Source: Octopus sinensis
Taxonomy: Eukaryota
DNA length: 64,000 nucleotides
Direction of reading: 5' to 3'
Assembly (NCBI RefSeq): GCF_006345805.1
Contig: NC_042998.1
Span: 55,800,001-55,864,000 of the forward strand
Both the position numbers and the translations under genes were made by a program. This document shows, piece after piece, positions 62,991-64,000 of the stretch. The notes beneath the pieces were generated by a model. The model saw nothing but the letters and a program-made list of their open reading frames with translations. It was not told the origin of the DNA and searched no databases. How positions within the stretch are numbered: position 1 is the stretch's first letter; each line of letters starts with the position of its first letter.

Positions 62991-63117
62991 TACACATAAA
63001 ACAATATCATTGATGATGATGATGGTGGTGATGGTGATGGTGATGATGATAATGATGATGGTAATGGTTGTGATAATGATGATAGTGATAATAATGGTGA
63101 TGATAATAACAATAATA
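62880..63117. repeat. (AAT)n/(GAT)n microsatellite preceding the Dong-like LINE
   Basis: Direct inspection. Confidence 0.93.
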
Positions 63118-63227
63118 AGCCGACTACGGCTGCTTTAATGGTACGATTATAATTGTAACAGCAATGATGGCCGTCTCCCCACGAGCCAACCAAAGCTAAA
63201 AGATGATAACATTATCGTAGCACCAAA

Positions 63228-64000
63228 ATGTTTTTGGAAACTAAAAGGAAAACTAAATCAGTATACCAAATCGCTTGTCCTATGGTTAATCTGGAAGCGC
63301 GTCCCCCAGGGAAGAGCCAGCCTGGGACCGAAAAGTCATCAACTGGCACAAACTCTTCTCCGAATACGGACATGGATGGTCACTTGAACGGGAAATCCCC
63401 CAACTCGAGCCCTCCAAGTTCACCACCACAACCACCACAGAAAGAAAAATGTAAGCGGAACAAATGGACCCGAGAAGAGTATAAAGAAGTAATATACGCT
63501 TATTACTATGCATTAGGTAGGCCATCTCAAGAGAGACACACCGCAAACTCTTACAGTATATGGAGAACACGGAATCAAGACAGTAGGCCCTATTTGGACG
63601 AGAACAAATTAGCAAATGTGAGGAGGGATATCCTTAGAAATAACAGACTCACAGACAGTGAAATAAGCGCGATCAAGCACGCAACGGAAAATGACATAAA
63701 TATAAGACACAAAGGAAATGAAGAATCAGATGAACAGTATAGCCCGCCACGAGGCTTAATTGAAAGACTGCCATCTGACCAAAGTACGCAAAGGCCTGAA
63801 GATACAAGAAATTCTATTGTACCTGTTAAAGATAGCCAGGAAAACGAAAAAACAACAGTAACTGAAGATCTCGCATCTGCTGAAGAACACAGAGAGTCTA
63901 TGGCAGAAATGAGGCAGAAAATCCTGAATACACTTGAAGTTGTAAGACATACAAGTATGAATGATAGAGAACTACTTCATAAACTCTCAAATACAAACCA
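63228..64000 (+). CDS. N-terminus of a Dong/R4-clade LINE ORF (Myb-like region), open to the window end
   Basis: 257 codons with no stop from ATG 63228 (other ATGs at 63282, 63372): ...KRNKWTREEYKEVIYAYYYAL...YSIWRTRN...LDENKLANVRRDILRNNRLTDSEISAIK, matching the R4/Dong N-terminal pattern RxKWT..E..Y...W....L....R.I..N..L...E. Confidence 0.85.
   Translation, partial: MFLETKRKTKSVYQIACPMVNLEARPPGKSQPGTEKSSTGTNSSPNTDMDGHLNGKSPNSSPPSSPPQPPQKEKCKRNKWTREEYKEVIYAYYYALGRPSQERHTANSYSIWRTRNQDSRPYLDENKLANVRRDILRNNRLTDSEISAIKHATENDINIRHKGNEESDEQYSPPRGLIERLPSDQSTQRPEDTRNSIVPVKDSQENEKTTVTEDLASAEEHRESMAEMRQKILNTLEVVRHTSMNDRELLHKLSNTN

Noticed and set aside
63117-63230. HDV-like ribozyme at the 5' end of the Dong-like LINE
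   Set aside because: A 6-bp ACGGCT/GGCCGT helix exists, but the required nested P2/P3/P1.1 order was not found.

Overview
AT-rich, repeat-saturated eukaryotic DNA. The SINE repertoire, TTAGGG repeat and extreme (TA)/(CA)/(TACA)/(GATA) microsatellite load suggest an octopus-like coleoid cephalopod (inference). No host gene could be identified with confidence; there are only low-confidence micro-exon candidates, and almost all ORF-track ORFs are microsatellite translations. The window contains: two apparently young Dong/R4-clade LINE copies with uninterrupted frames running off each end (missed by the ORF track); a Hero-like LINE 3' end; two decayed CR1/L2-group LINEs; a Charlie/Buster-type hAT pseudo-transposase; four Tc1/mariner relics; several MITEs; and dozens of tRNA-derived SINEs of at least 4 families. 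The most notable signal is about 11 minimal type I hammerhead ribozyme motifs (plus half-copies) from at least five unrelated short-repeat families. They mostly have self-complementary stem III, show compensatory base changes between copies, include non-canonical cores (U3-A8, U6) and usually abut (TA)n tracts. Two sit in ~360-bp monomers (360 and 358 bp) found as circularly permuted or 1.3-mer copies, as expected for retrozyme-like or Penelope pseudo-LTR RNAs copied from circular or tandem templates. Ribozyme activity and circular RNAs are predictions, not demonstrated.
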